Below, piece after piece: positions 19,077 through 29,700 of a stretch of 64,000 nucleotides of DNA. The DNA lies in the NCBI GenBank assembly GCA_963846575.1, contig CAWJWJ010000002.1:352001-416000 (forward strand), given 5' to 3'. Position 1 is the stretch's first letter; every line of letters starts with the position of its first letter. The DNA comes from an uncultured Nitrospiraceae bacterium. GTDB taxonomy: Bacteria > Nitrospirota > Nitrospiria > Nitrospirales > Nitrospiraceae. The position numbers and the translations under genes were made by a program. The notes beneath the pieces are model-generated. The model worked only from the letters and a program-made list of their open reading frames with translations, searched no databases and was not told the DNA's origin.

Positions 19077-20564
19077 ATGCACGAACCAAATCTGTCGACT
19101 CCCGATGAGACCGTCACGCCCGTCTCTGTCGTTGGGGCTCCGCCGCCCCCGCATCCCTACAATCCCCGTTTTTCTCGTTTGATCACGATGCTATCCGCAT
19201 TGGTCCTTTGTTCCTCGATTGCCGTGGTGGCCTGGCTATCGTTCGATGTGCCGCGTGTCGATCGTGTGCCGGATGCCGAACGGGCGCTCAGTCACATGGT
19301 GGGCCGGCTCATGGATCTAGAGGCGGGCCTGAAGACCCTTCCCGTCTGGGAGCAGTTCTTATACGAAGTCACCATGGGCAGCGATGCGAACGATCGGGCT
19401 CAGGCCATCGACTGGTATCGTGAACTGGCCGAGGAATCCTCCGATCCCTTCGTGGACTTGCATCTTGCGATCCTGGAAGGGGAGGCGGACCGTCAGGAGG
19501 AGATCCAGCGGAAGGTTTCAAAGTGGGGACGAAAGAGCGAACCGTACCCGCTTTTTGCAAGCTTCCTTCAAGCCGGGTACCTCGGTTCGCATGTTCCTCC
19601 CGCCCGTGCCTTTAATTTGCAGGCTCAATTAGCGGAACAGCCTATCAGCGGTTGGTTCTATAGCCGGCTCGCAAGCCGTATCGCCGAACGGTCCGGAGAC
19701 CGGCCGTTGCTGGCGACCATTGAAGCGTCTGCCGGGCAGCGAGCGGCAGCCTTGCTATGGCGCTCGCGAGCCTTAGCTGCCCTTGAACTCACGTTCATGG
19801 TGGTGGGGCTGGCGGTTGTGACCTGGTGGGCGAGGCGGAACAGGCGAGCGGCGATGATTCGGGTGGGATCGGCTGAGCTTCCGCCGCTGTGGGCAGGCCG
19901 ATTGGGGGCGGGTGTCTTGCTCAGGGGCGGCGCCGTCGGCGCGCTGTTGACCGTGGCGTTTCTTTATGCCGCTATCGATTATCCTTCACTGCGGGTCCTC
20001 GCGGTCCCCTTGTCTAATCTGCCCCTGTTGGCCCTTGCGTACTATCATTTGCTCCGGCCTCAGCGTCAGACTTTCTGGTCAGGGTTCGGGTTGCGCGTCG
20101 AAGCGCGGGCCCTTGGGCGAATGGGACTTGCGGTGCTCATGGTCGTGGCCTGCGGACTTGTAGGTGAGTGGGCCATGGGCCGGATAGCCGAGCCCTTGAA
20201 TCTGGTCAGCCATTGGACGGAGTGGTTTGATGCTGATTTGGTATGGGGGGCGTCACCGACTCTCGCCGTCAGCCTGATGGAGTATGTGCTCTTTGCACCG
20301 GTCTTCGAGGAACTGGCCTTTCGCGGTCTCCTGTTCGGCCTGTTGCGGCGGCGCTTTCAGTGGTGGCCTGCCGCCCTGTTAAGCGCGGCGCTGTTTGCCC
20401 TCGCGCATGGTTATGGACTGATCGGATTCCTCAGCGTCTTTTGGAGTGGGCTGATTTGGGCCTGGGCCTATGAACATACCGGCAGTCTATGGCCGGGAAT
20501 TATCGGCCATGCCATCAACAATCTGCTGGTCTGTCTGAGCGTCATGGCCCTTCTGCGTAGTTGA
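19077..20564 (+). CDS. CPBP (CAAX/Abi) intramembrane glutamic protease with a long N-terminal extracytoplasmic domain
   Basis: EELAFRG, FALAH and HAINN motifs; start uncertain. Confidence 0.82.
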   Translation: MHEPNLSTPDETVTPVSVVGAPPPPHPYNPRFSRLITMLSALVLCSSIAVVAWLSFDVPRVDRVPDAERALSHMVGRLMDLEAGLKTLPVWEQFLYEVTMGSDANDRAQAIDWYRELAEESSDPFVDLHLAILEGEADRQEEIQRKVSKWGRKSEPYPLFASFLQAGYLGSHVPPARAFNLQAQLAEQPISGWFYSRLASRIAERSGDRPLLATIEASAGQRAAALLWRSRALAALELTFMVVGLAVVTWWARRNRRAAMIRVGSAELPPLWAGRLGAGVLLRGGAVGALLTVAFLYAAIDYPSLRVLAVPLSNLPLLALAYYHLLRPQRQTFWSGFGLRVEARALGRMGLAVLMVVACGLVGEWAMGRIAEPLNLVSHWTEWFDADLVWGASPTLAVSLMEYVLFAPVFEELAFRGLLFGLLRRRFQWWPAALLSAALFALAHGYGLIGFLSVFWSGLIWAWAYEHTGSLWPGIIGHAINNLLVCLSVMALLRS

Positions 20565-20739
20565 GCCGGGCGAAGAACCTCACCTCGGCCACGGGCTGTG
20601 TGTTGCCACACACCATTCCGGCCGCGGTCAAGCATGGCGTCATTCACCCCGCAAGCCATTTGGCCATTAGGAACCAGTCCGGAAATGATCGGAGAACTCA
20701 CGGCGAAGGGCCGCGCAGTGACGCTGCGATGGTAGGCTA

Positions 20740-21330
20740 TCAGACCCGGTGAGCGGTGACGATCAGAATCTGGGCTGACCTCCGGCTCGTGTTTCGCCAG
20801 CAATGCCGGTGACCTGCCGGGATGCCTGCCGCATCACCTCGTTTGAGGTCGTGAATCTCATCCTCAAGGGTCAATTCAACGATCCCCTTGAGTACTACGG
20901 CCAACTGCTCTGCCTGTCGCACGTAGGGTTTATGCCCGCTCGCGCCTCCCGGCTCAATCGTGATGACCATGGGTTCAAATTGGCTGTCCGTGCTGAACGG
21001 GCCGAGCGCTTCGATGGTCGCGCGAGACCATTCACTTTGAACTACGGCCCGTGCGTCGGAACGGACGATAGCCGGCAATGAGGGGTCCATCGCCCGGAAG
21101 AACTCTCCCAGAGTGACGCCTAATGCGGAGGCGATACGTTCGGTCGATGCGATCGAAGGGGATGCCTGGCGCAACTCAACTTGGGAAATGAAACTGGGAG
21201 AGAAGCCGCACTTGTCGGCCAGCGTCCGCACTGACAGTTGGCGGGTTTTCCGCAGATGACGAATGATGTCCCCGACGTGCACTTCGGGCCTGCGAGGTGA
21301 GGCTTTAGGGACATCGGCGGACTTCTTCAC
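20740..21330 (-). CDS. XRE-family HTH-cupin transcriptional regulator
   Basis: IRHLR..LSVRTLADKCGFSPSFISQVE HTH plus cupin; GGGGAGG SD before GTG at 21330. Confidence 0.88.
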   Translation of the reverse strand: MKKSADVPKASPRRPEVHVGDIIRHLRKTRQLSVRTLADKCGFSPSFISQVELRQASPSIASTERIASALGVTLGEFFRAMDPSLPAIVRSDARAVVQSEWSRATIEALGPFSTDSQFEPMVITIEPGGASGHKPYVRQAEQLAVVLKGIVELTLEDEIHDLKRGDAAGIPAGHRHCWRNTSRRSAQILIVTAHRV

Positions 21331-21538
21331 AATATTCCTCCCCCGATCGCCCGCGATTGAACTCCAAGTTTCCCATGGTTTAGAAACCCTGTTTATCTTT
21401 GTAGCAGTTTTTAAAGACACGTCTCAAGCACCAGTCATCTTGCAGCCCCCTCAGATTCCTCTGACAGGATGGCAGACAACCCGGTCCCGTTCTAGGAAAG
21501 CACCCAGTAGCAAATTCATGCTGTACAGTTCATAATCC

Positions 21539-21557
21539 TGTCCAGTATTACTGGACA
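21539..21557. promoter_or_regulatory. 19-bp palindrome with perfect 9-bp arms, candidate operator
   Basis: TGTCCAGTA-T-TACTGGACA in the divergent XRE/SGNH intergenic region. Confidence 0.6.
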
Positions 21558-21728
21558 CGTGTAAAGAGTAGACAATTTATTCCAACTGTTTGCACGTCTA
21601 AGATAGCACGTGGGCGTACGGCGCTTCGGGCGTACGAAGTAATGCCGGCCATCAGCAAGAGGGCTGCAGATTGTCGAGAGATGGTGCCATGAACGGAGCA
21701 ATACCGAGTATTGAGACAAGGAGGCTCT

Positions 21729-23108
21729 GTGTTGAGAGATAAAGCAGCGCTTGTTACCTTGGCCATTTTCCTGGGCGGGTACGTCACGCTCTGGTTCACA
21801 GGGGTGACCAGCACAGGCCATCTCTTGGATAACTTGGTTGCCGGATACCTGCTGGCCTGGGGCCTATATAGCTTTTTGTCGACGCTTCCTCGCGAGGAAA
21901 TTCGGGCCAGATTTGTCCTCATGACTCTAGTACCCGTAGCCATGATCGGAGGAGCGGAGTTAGTCGGCGTGGCGGGGCTAGTCGATTACCAAGCTCTGCT
22001 GGGAACTCAGGGACGGGCCTGGTTTGACCGCGCGGGATACGTGCCTGATCCCGAATTGGGGTATCGTCATCAGGCGCACTATCGTGAACAAGGCTCCTTC
22101 GTTCGAGGGAATATCGGCGAAGCGCTCTGCCTTCCACCGAATCCCCCTGTGGAATTTGACCTTCGCTACGACCAGCATGGTTTCCGCAATGATGAAGATT
22201 TGCACAGGGCGGATGTCGTCGTGATCGGCGACTCCTATGTGGAATCGCCCATGTTACCCAATTCGAGCCTGTTCACGACCGCGTTAACACACTCACTGGG
22301 CGCCACGGTGGCCAATTTGGGAATCAGCGGATATGGGCCGGAGCAGGAGCTGACCGTGCTCAAGCGTTATGCGCTCAAGTTGCAACCCAAAACGATCGTG
22401 TGGGTGTTCTTTGAAGGCAATGATCTTCTGCAGCTGGATCCCGGAGCTGAGAACTCCGAACTCGCTCTGCCTGAGCCGTCGACTCCGTACGACAAATATT
22501 GGCTGCATTCGTTGACCCGCAACCTATTGGTTCTGTCGAAAAGTGCGGCGCGAGGCTGCGTGCCTCATCAAACGTATTTGCAGTATCGGGGAAGATTTCA
22601 AGAGGCGGGCGGGAAGGACACCGAAATGTTTTTCTGGGAGAAACCGGCGCCTCTGACGGGGACGGATCGTCTCCGGCTCGAACGTTTGCAAACGATTCTG
22701 GCTGAGGCGCATGAATTGTGCCGGCAACAGGGGATTCGGTTTGTGGTGGCCTTTGCGCCGGTGAGCTACCGCGTGCATCAGGGATTGGCAAATTTCGAAC
22801 CATTAACTCGAGAATTGCGGGAGTGGCCGCTGAATAATCTGCCTGAGGAGCTGATGCCGATGCTCAGGGCGATCTCTCAGGACATAGATTTCGTTGATCT
22901 GACCCATCCACTCAGAATGGCCGCGGCTGCGGGCGTCTTGACGTACCTGCCGGACGATACGCATTGGACAACGGAGGGCCAGCGAGTAGCCGGGCAGGCG
23001 CTTCATCGGCCGATTCTGGCCTCCATCGGGCGATCCGCCGGGGGAATGAATGTTTCGGGCAGCGAGAACCGCGCGGCATCACGTACCGGGGAACTACAAC
23101 GCCTCTAG
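21729..23108 (+). CDS. Membrane-anchored SGNH-hydrolase-like protein (AlgJ/AlgX-like)
   Basis: Three N-terminal TMs; GDSY, NLGISGYG, EGND and DTHW blocks; AAGGAGG SD. Confidence 0.75.
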   Translation: MLRDKAALVTLAIFLGGYVTLWFTGVTSTGHLLDNLVAGYLLAWGLYSFLSTLPREEIRARFVLMTLVPVAMIGGAELVGVAGLVDYQALLGTQGRAWFDRAGYVPDPELGYRHQAHYREQGSFVRGNIGEALCLPPNPPVEFDLRYDQHGFRNDEDLHRADVVVIGDSYVESPMLPNSSLFTTALTHSLGATVANLGISGYGPEQELTVLKRYALKLQPKTIVWVFFEGNDLLQLDPGAENSELALPEPSTPYDKYWLHSLTRNLLVLSKSAARGCVPHQTYLQYRGRFQEAGGKDTEMFFWEKPAPLTGTDRLRLERLQTILAEAHELCRQQGIRFVVAFAPVSYRVHQGLANFEPLTRELREWPLNNLPEELMPMLRAISQDIDFVDLTHPLRMAAAAGVLTYLPDDTHWTTEGQRVAGQALHRPILASIGRSAGGMNVSGSENRAASRTGELQRL

Positions 23109-23882
23109 CGCATCGTACAAATCTTCATGGCGAAGGACGGGAGCGAACTGATCAATCATTTTTCGATTGAGAATCCGCTTCCCTGACTCTTTTAGGACGG
23201 GCGGATGTGAACTGACGATTCCCCATCGTCTGAACACCTCGGTGCAGATATCAGACCAGCGGCGCGGCTGCCCATCACTTATATTGTAGGCTTCTCCCCC
23301 CTCTCCCCTCTGCAAGGCGAGCAGGCACAGCTGCGCCAAATCTTCGACGTGGATCAGATTGACAAACTTGTTTGTCGGGCCGACCCGGCCTTGCCGAATC
23401 CATTCCAACGGATTGCGGTGCGGACCATAGATGCCAGCCACCCGCAGGACAATAGCTCCATGCTGCAGGCGTAAATACTCCTCCCCTTGAACGCGCGGGA
23501 TGGTGGCATTGATTGGACTGGTCTCATCGATCCAGGCCGCTTCCCGATCCCCATGCCCATCGTCCTGGTGATAGGCCGAGGTGCTCCCCAGTACGACCAG
23601 TCTGTGAGAAGGGCTGCAGTGTTGGCTGGCAAAGTCCTGGACTTGCTCCAAGGGTGTGGCGGGAAAGGTCCAGATCAGATCGGCGTCCGCCGGCAGCGAA
23701 GACCAGGTTGAGGGTTCGGCCAGATCGAAACGGAGTCGTCTGTCCGGTGCGACATATGTCAGATGGAGGTCAGCCTGTCGGCTGCTGGCGTACACCGGCA
23801 GGGCCAGTTGCGAAGCCAGCTTCCAGATCCATAGGCCGGTATAACCGGATCCTAAGATGACGAGGGGGCGACGGGTGTTCAT
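23094..23882 (-). CDS. Atypical SDR / NAD-dependent epimerase-dehydratase (YeeZ-like)
   Basis: ILGSGYTG, GSTSAY, LRVAGIYGP, NLIHVEDLA. Confidence 0.8.
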   Translation of the reverse strand: MNTRRPLVILGSGYTGLWIWKLASQLALPVYASSRQADLHLTYVAPDRRLRFDLAEPSTWSSLPADADLIWTFPATPLEQVQDFASQHCSPSHRLVVLGSTSAYHQDDGHGDREAAWIDETSPINATIPRVQGEEYLRLQHGAIVLRVAGIYGPHRNPLEWIRQGRVGPTNKFVNLIHVEDLAQLCLLALQRGEGGEAYNISDGQPRRWSDICTEVFRRWGIVSSHPPVLKESGKRILNRKMIDQFAPVLRHEDLYDALEAL

Positions 23883-23981
23883 CGGTGCATCATACAGGAA
23901 CTCTGCCCTGCCTGCCCGGAGGCTGTGTGGCCGTTCCAGTCCTGGTCTCGAGAGTAAGACGCATGCTAGAATCCCGACCCG

Positions 23982-25124
23982 ATGGCGTCATACGACCAAC
24001 GGCACGAGGCTGCGGAGAAGGTCGGGAGCGGGATAGCCGAGGCCTTCACGCGGCGTCGGCAACATCTCATGGTCGGGGTGGCGGCCCTCCTAGCCTGCCT
24101 CTTTTTTACGTTGGATCTTCTCGTGCCCCTCGGAGTGGCCGATGCGGTTCTGTACAGCTCGGTAGTCTTTCTGTCAGCAGCCAGCCGCTACCGATGGTTG
24201 CCCGTCGTCACGGCGATCGCGTGCTCACTGCTGACATTTATTGCGGCGTTGTTCAGCCCGCGACTGCCCGGTCTTCCCGTCTGGTTTGAATGGTCGAACC
24301 ATCTGTTGAGTCTGTTCGGGGTCTGGGCGCCGGTCGCCTTCGTGTATCAGCGACGCCGCACCGAATGGCTGCTGAAGGAGGTCAACGAGCAGCTTGAACG
24401 GCGCGTGGAGGAACGCACAGCGGCTCTCGCGGCCAGCCGTCAGGCGCTGGAGCGAAATGAAGAACAGTTGCACACGTTGACCGGTCGGATTCTGACGGCC
24501 CAGGAAGAAGAACGCCGACGGATCGCGCAGGATTTGCATGACGATGTGAATCAGCGGCTGGCCTTGTTGCTGCTGGAATTGCAGGGAATCGATCGTCAGA
24601 TCGACCCTCTGGCGCACGACGTCCGAGAGGCAGTCAGCAACGTGCTGAAAGGGCTGGAAGCACTCTCGGACGATGTGCGGTACATGGCCTATCGGTTTCA
24701 TCCGTCAATCCTGGATGATTTGGGCCTGAAGGCGGCCTTACAGCGACTGCTGGATGATTTTTCAGCCCGATCCGGGGTGAAGGCGCTCTTCGTGCATCAG
24801 CCCATCGACCACACACTCGACAAGACGGCTGCGACGGCCTTATATCGAGTGGTCCAAGAGAGCCTTTCGAATATCGCTCGCCATGCAATGGCCACGAGGG
24901 TTGAAGTGGAGGTGACCGTGGAAGACGAGGGAGTCGTCGTGATCGTCCGTGATGACGGCATGGGATTCGATCAGACCGCAGTCGCTCGGACGGCGGGTGG
25001 ATTGGGACTGCTGAACATGAGGGAACGACTGCTGTCCGTACAGGGTCATTGCGAGGTGGCGTCCGTGCCGGGAAAAGGAACCGCCGTGTCCATGTACGTC
25101 CCGCTGGTGCGAGTGATGATATGA
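23982..25124 (+). CDS. Membrane sensor histidine kinase (HisKA_3, NarX/UhpB type)
   Basis: QEEERRRIAQDLHD, QESLSNIARHA, DDGMGFD, GLGLLNMRER. Confidence 0.92.
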   Translation: MASYDQRHEAAEKVGSGIAEAFTRRRQHLMVGVAALLACLFFTLDLLVPLGVADAVLYSSVVFLSAASRYRWLPVVTAIACSLLTFIAALFSPRLPGLPVWFEWSNHLLSLFGVWAPVAFVYQRRRTEWLLKEVNEQLERRVEERTAALAASRQALERNEEQLHTLTGRILTAQEEERRRIAQDLHDDVNQRLALLLLELQGIDRQIDPLAHDVREAVSNVLKGLEALSDDVRYMAYRFHPSILDDLGLKAALQRLLDDFSARSGVKALFVHQPIDHTLDKTAATALYRVVQESLSNIARHAMATRVEVEVTVEDEGVVVIVRDDGMGFDQTAVARTAGGLGLLNMRERLLSVQGHCEVASVPGKGTAVSMYVPLVRVMI

Positions 25125-25765
25125 CGTTGCCGCGCGTCTTGCTGGCCGATGATCACACCCTGGTTCTGGAGGGATTCCGCCGGCTACTCGATGAACAATG
25201 TGAGTTGGTGGGCACCGTGGGAGACGGGCGGGCTCTCCTGGAGTCCATTCCCCAGTTGAAACCGGATATCGTCATTCTGGATATCTCCATGCCGGTGTTG
25301 AACGGGATCGATGCCGCCCGGTTGTTAAGGGTCAAGTACCCTCAGGTGAAGGTCGTGTTTATCACGATGCATGCCGATCCGGCCTATGTCCGGGCAGCGT
25401 TCGAGGCGGGCGCCTCCGCCTACTTGCTGAAACGCTGTGTGGGCGAAGAATTAGGGCAGGCCATGCGAGCCGTGCGAAGCGGCAATTTTTACGTCACTCC
25501 TCTGGTCACCAAAGATGTGGTCGAAGGCATGTTGCGAGCGACCGATGGCGGGACCACGCCTGGGCCGGAACTCACGACCCGTCAGCGTGAGGTTCTGCAG
25601 CTTCTGGCCGAAGGCCATACGGTGAAGGACATCGCCGGCACGCTCAAGATTTCTCCCCGGACAGTTGAGTTTCATAAGGGCCAGATTATGGAACAGCTGA
25701 ACCTGCATACGACCGTGGAACTCGTGAAGTATGCTCTGGCACAGGGCATCACCGGCCATACCTAA
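25121..25765 (+). CDS. NarL/LuxR-family response regulator
   Basis: ADDH, LDISMP, LTTRQREVL..ISPRTVEFHK; ATGA overlap with the kinase. Confidence 0.92.
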   Translation: MTLPRVLLADDHTLVLEGFRRLLDEQCELVGTVGDGRALLESIPQLKPDIVILDISMPVLNGIDAARLLRVKYPQVKVVFITMHADPAYVRAAFEAGASAYLLKRCVGEELGQAMRAVRSGNFYVTPLVTKDVVEGMLRATDGGTTPGPELTTRQREVLQLLAEGHTVKDIAGTLKISPRTVEFHKGQIMEQLNLHTTVELVKYALAQGITGHT

Positions 25766-25926
25766 AATCCTCATCCGCGCCTAGAGATTGCTACTCCCGC
25801 ACGACTCGGTACCTGCCTGAATCCAGGTAAGTTTTAGTGCTGCGCACTCGTGTTGTTACGCGTGTGGTTTTCCCTTCACTTGCCTAGGATTACCCATGTT
25901 CGTTCTAAGCATTGATTCGTAGGAAT

Positions 25927-26373
25927 ATGGGAAAACACATGCCACGTCCACGGGTTCTGATCGCTGATTCCTCCCGGGCCATGCTCGCGTTTTTAGAAAT
26001 TCTTCTGGAGTCGCAGTTCGAGGTGATCGCCTCCGAAACTGAGGGCGAGGCGGTGCTGCTGACTGCAAAGACCCTCAATCCGGACCTGGTGATTCTGGAT
26101 TTTTCTCTCTCGTTTCTGGAAGGCCTGTCACTCGGTCGACAGCTCCAGGAGACGGTGGCGACCACGAAGGTCGTATTTTTTTCGTCGCATGAGGACCCCG
26201 CCTATGCGGCTGCAGCATTCGAGGTGGGAGCCGTCGGGTATCTCGTGAAACAGCACACCGTGGATCTCGGTCATTATCTCGGACGAGTGATGCGCGGGGA
26301 ACGGGTGTGTTGTCCGGATCATCTTCAGAAGAAGGTGGTCGCCAACAAGAAAAAACGACCCGAGATGAAATGA
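25927..26373 (+). CDS. Single-domain response regulator (receiver only)
   Basis: VLIADS, PDLVILD, FFSS, GYLVK; no output domain. Confidence 0.8.
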   Translation: MGKHMPRPRVLIADSSRAMLAFLEILLESQFEVIASETEGEAVLLTAKTLNPDLVILDFSLSFLEGLSLGRQLQETVATTKVVFFSSHEDPAYAAAAFEVGAVGYLVKQHTVDLGHYLGRVMRGERVCCPDHLQKKVVANKKKRPEMK

Positions 26374-26406
26374 GGAGAGTCTGCCCCAGCGCAGAGGAGT
26401 GTACTG

Positions 26407-26607
26407 ATGATCCAAGTCGTACCGATGTGTGGATTGTGTCGGCGTGTCTGTGATGATGGGAACTCGACCAGGGGCGCGACGGCCTGGGTGGATTTCCAAA
26501 GTTATCTGGCGCGACATGTCGTAGCCCCATCCCAGATACAATTTTCGAGCGATTACTGCGGCGAGTGCCGACTCTCCTACGACATTCTGAAGAGCTACGG
26601 GATGTAG
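26407..26607 (+). CDS. Small Cys4 protein (CxxC...CxxC)
   Basis: GAGGAG SD; PMCGLCRRVCDD..W..FQSYL..FSSDYCGEC. Confidence 0.65.
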   Translation: MIQVVPMCGLCRRVCDDGNSTRGATAWVDFQSYLARHVVAPSQIQFSSDYCGECRLSYDILKSYGM

Positions 26608-26720
26608 CGGGGCCTTGTTGGTGTGCTGAAGGCCGGCCAGGAGCGTCGAGCCCCGGCGGAGCCGCCGGTGGATAGACGTGCATTTTTTGTCTTCGCCTGC
26701 TGTGGTACCATCACGGCCTG

Positions 26721-29700
26721 ATGACAACTCTGCCGTTCCATCCCATCATTGCCGAGTGGTTTACGACCCGTTTCTCCTGCGCAACCGATGTCCAGATGCA
26801 GGCCTGGCCTGCCATTCAATCCGGACGTGATGTCTTGATCGCCGCTCCGACCGGTTCCGGGAAAACCCTGGCCGCCTTTCTCTCTTGTATCAATCATCTG
26901 TTTCAAACTGCTCTGGACTGCGCCTTGCGGGATGAGACCCTGGTCGTATACGTCTCGCCGCTGAAAGCGCTCAGCAACGACGTTCAAAAAAACCTCCAAC
27001 AGCCGCTCATCGAGATCGGCCAAGCTGCCATGACAGCCGGCCTGATGCTGCCCGAATTGCGCGTGGTGGTGCGCACCGGCGATACGCCCATGATCGAGAG
27101 GCAGCAGATGCTCCGGCGGCCGCCGCATATTCTCATCACGACACCCGAGTCGCTGTTTATCCTGTTAACGGCGGAAAAAAGCCGGGCGATGTTGAAGACG
27201 GTGCGCACGGTCATTGTGGATGAAATTCATGCCGTCGCTCCGAACAAGCGCGGGGCCCATCTGGCCTTATCGCTGGAGCGGCTGGCGGCCCTCACCGGGT
27301 GTGACGTGCAACGGATCGGACTCTCGGCGACCCAGCGGCCGATCGAGACCGTGGCGGAGTTTCTGGTGGGGCAGCGGCCCTTGCCGCGGGTGATCGACGT
27401 CGGCCACCGCCGTGATATGGATCTTGCTGTCGAGGTGCCGAAAGACGAACTTGGAGCTGTCGCCACCAATGCCATCTGGAGCGATGTGTACGACCGGCTT
27501 GCCGCGCTGGTGGAGGCTCACCGGTCGACCCTGGTATTCGTGAATACGCGACGGCTCGCGGAGCGGGTGTCCCATCATCTGGAGGAGCGGCTTCGCCATT
27601 TGGGTGACGGCGTGGTCGCCGCGCATCATGGCAGTCTGTCGCGCCAGATCCGCTTGTCTGCGGAAGATCGTTTGAAGAAGGGGACAGTGCGCGTGGTCGT
27701 TGCCACGGCATCGCTGGAACTCGGTATCGATGTCGGAACGGTTGACCTCGCCTGCCAGATCGGGTCTCCTCGTTCGATCGCCACCTGTCTCCAGCGCATG
27801 GGTCGGGCCGGCCATTGGGTGCACGCCACCCCGAAAGGCCGGCTCTTCGCAACCACTCGAGATGAGTTGATCGAATGCGCCACCTTGATTCGATCGATCA
27901 GGGCCGGGATGTTGGATCGCATCGAAGTGCCGTCGGCGCCACTGGATGTCTTGTCTCAACAGATCGTCGCCGCAGCAGCCACCCAGTCCTGGGAGGAGGC
28001 GGATTTGTACGATTTGTGCCGCCGGGCCATGCCCTACCGTGAACTGACCCGCCCGGCGTTCGAGGCCGTGCTGAAGATGCTCTCGGAGGGATTTGTCACC
28101 AGCCGCGGCCGGGGGCGGGCCCATGTGCATCATGACGGCATCAACCACCAGATCCGGGGCAGGCGCGGAGCCCGCTTGGCGGGCATCACCTCCGGCGGAG
28201 CGATTCCCGATACGGCGAACTATGCGGTGATTGCGGAACCGGATGGCACGGTCGTGGGTTCGGTGGACGAAGATTTTGCCGTTGAGAGCCTGGCAGGAGA
28301 CATCATTCTGCTGGGCAATACGTCGTGGCGGATCAGGGGCGTCGAAACCGGCAAGATGCGTGTCGAGGATGCGCAGGGGGCTCCGCCGACCATTCCGTTC
28401 TGGCGCGGAGAAGGGCCTTCCCGCACCGCAGATTTGTCTGCGGAGGTCGCCCGCCTCAGGGCGGATATCGACCGTCATCTCGATGCCGATGCGTCATCCG
28501 TGATGCCGTACGCTCCGCCGGTGCAGTGGTTGAGGCAGGAGTGCAGCCTGGACCAGCGGGGGGCGCAACAGGCCGTGGAGTATCTGCTGGCAGGCAAGGC
28601 GGTCTTGGGAACCGTCCCGACGCAGCAGACCATCGTGGCGGAGCGTTTTTTTGATGAAAGCGGCGGGATGCAACTCGTCATTCACGCGCCCTTCGGGGGC
28701 CGGATCAACCGAGCCTGGGGTCTGGCCTTGCGTAAGCGGTTCTGCGTGACCTTTGATTTTGAGTTGCAGGCAGCAGCGACGGACGAAGGCATTGTCCTGT
28801 CTCTGGGAGAACGGCACAGCTTTCCGCTCGAGACGGTCTTTGCCTTCTTGAATGCGAAGACGCTCCGGGAGGTGTTGACGCAGGCCTTGCTGCAGGCTCC
28901 CATGTTCATGACGCGCTGGCGTTGGAACGCCACGCGAGCCCTGGCCCTGCTCCGGTTCGTCGGCGGGAAACGAGTGGCTCCGCAGATTCAGCGCATGCGA
29001 GCCGAAGATCTGCTGGCGGCCGTCTTTCCGGACGCGCTCGCCTGCCAGGACAATTTTCACGGTGAGCGGATGGCGCGACAGATCCCTGACCATCCGCTCG
29101 CGCAGGAAACGATCCGGGATTGCCTCACCGAGGCCATGGATCTGGACGGCCTTACCGCCGTGCTGGAGAAAATCGAACGCGGGGCCATAACCTGCGTGGC
29201 CGTCGACACGCCCATGCCCTCTGCCTTCTGCCACGAGATTCTGAACGCCAACCCCTACGCCTATCTCGACGATGCACCACTCGAAGAACGCAGGGCACGG
29301 GCCGTGGAAATGCGACGCACCTTGCCGCCCGATCTGGCTGCCGGGTTGGGCGCACTGGATCAATCGGCAATCGATCAGGTCATCGAGGAATCCTGGCCGG
29401 TGGTGCGCGATGCGGATGAGCTGCACGATGCTCTCCTGTCATTGGTATGGGTACCGTGCGAACGCATGCCGGAGTGGAGCCAATGGGCACCGTCCCTGTC
29501 CGCGGCCGGCCGGTTGCTCACCCTCCGAAACGCGCAGGGGCAGGAAGGATGGGGGCCCGCCGAATTACGGCATGTTCTTCAGCTCCTCTTTCCCGATGTT
29601 CGAATCGATCCGGACCCGGTCGATGTCGCACCGGCCGAGTCCCTGGAACCTGAAGCCGCCTACGACCGCGTGGTGTTGGGATGGATGGAAAGTACCGGCC

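Noticed and set aside
19077..20564. Abi-family protease as a phage abortive-infection system
   Set aside because: The Abi label for CPBP proteases is historical, and there is no defence-island context
25800..25900. Short repeated GG-W3-4-CC-like motifs as binding sites for the NarL regulator
   Set aside because: Too degenerate to distinguish from chance by eye
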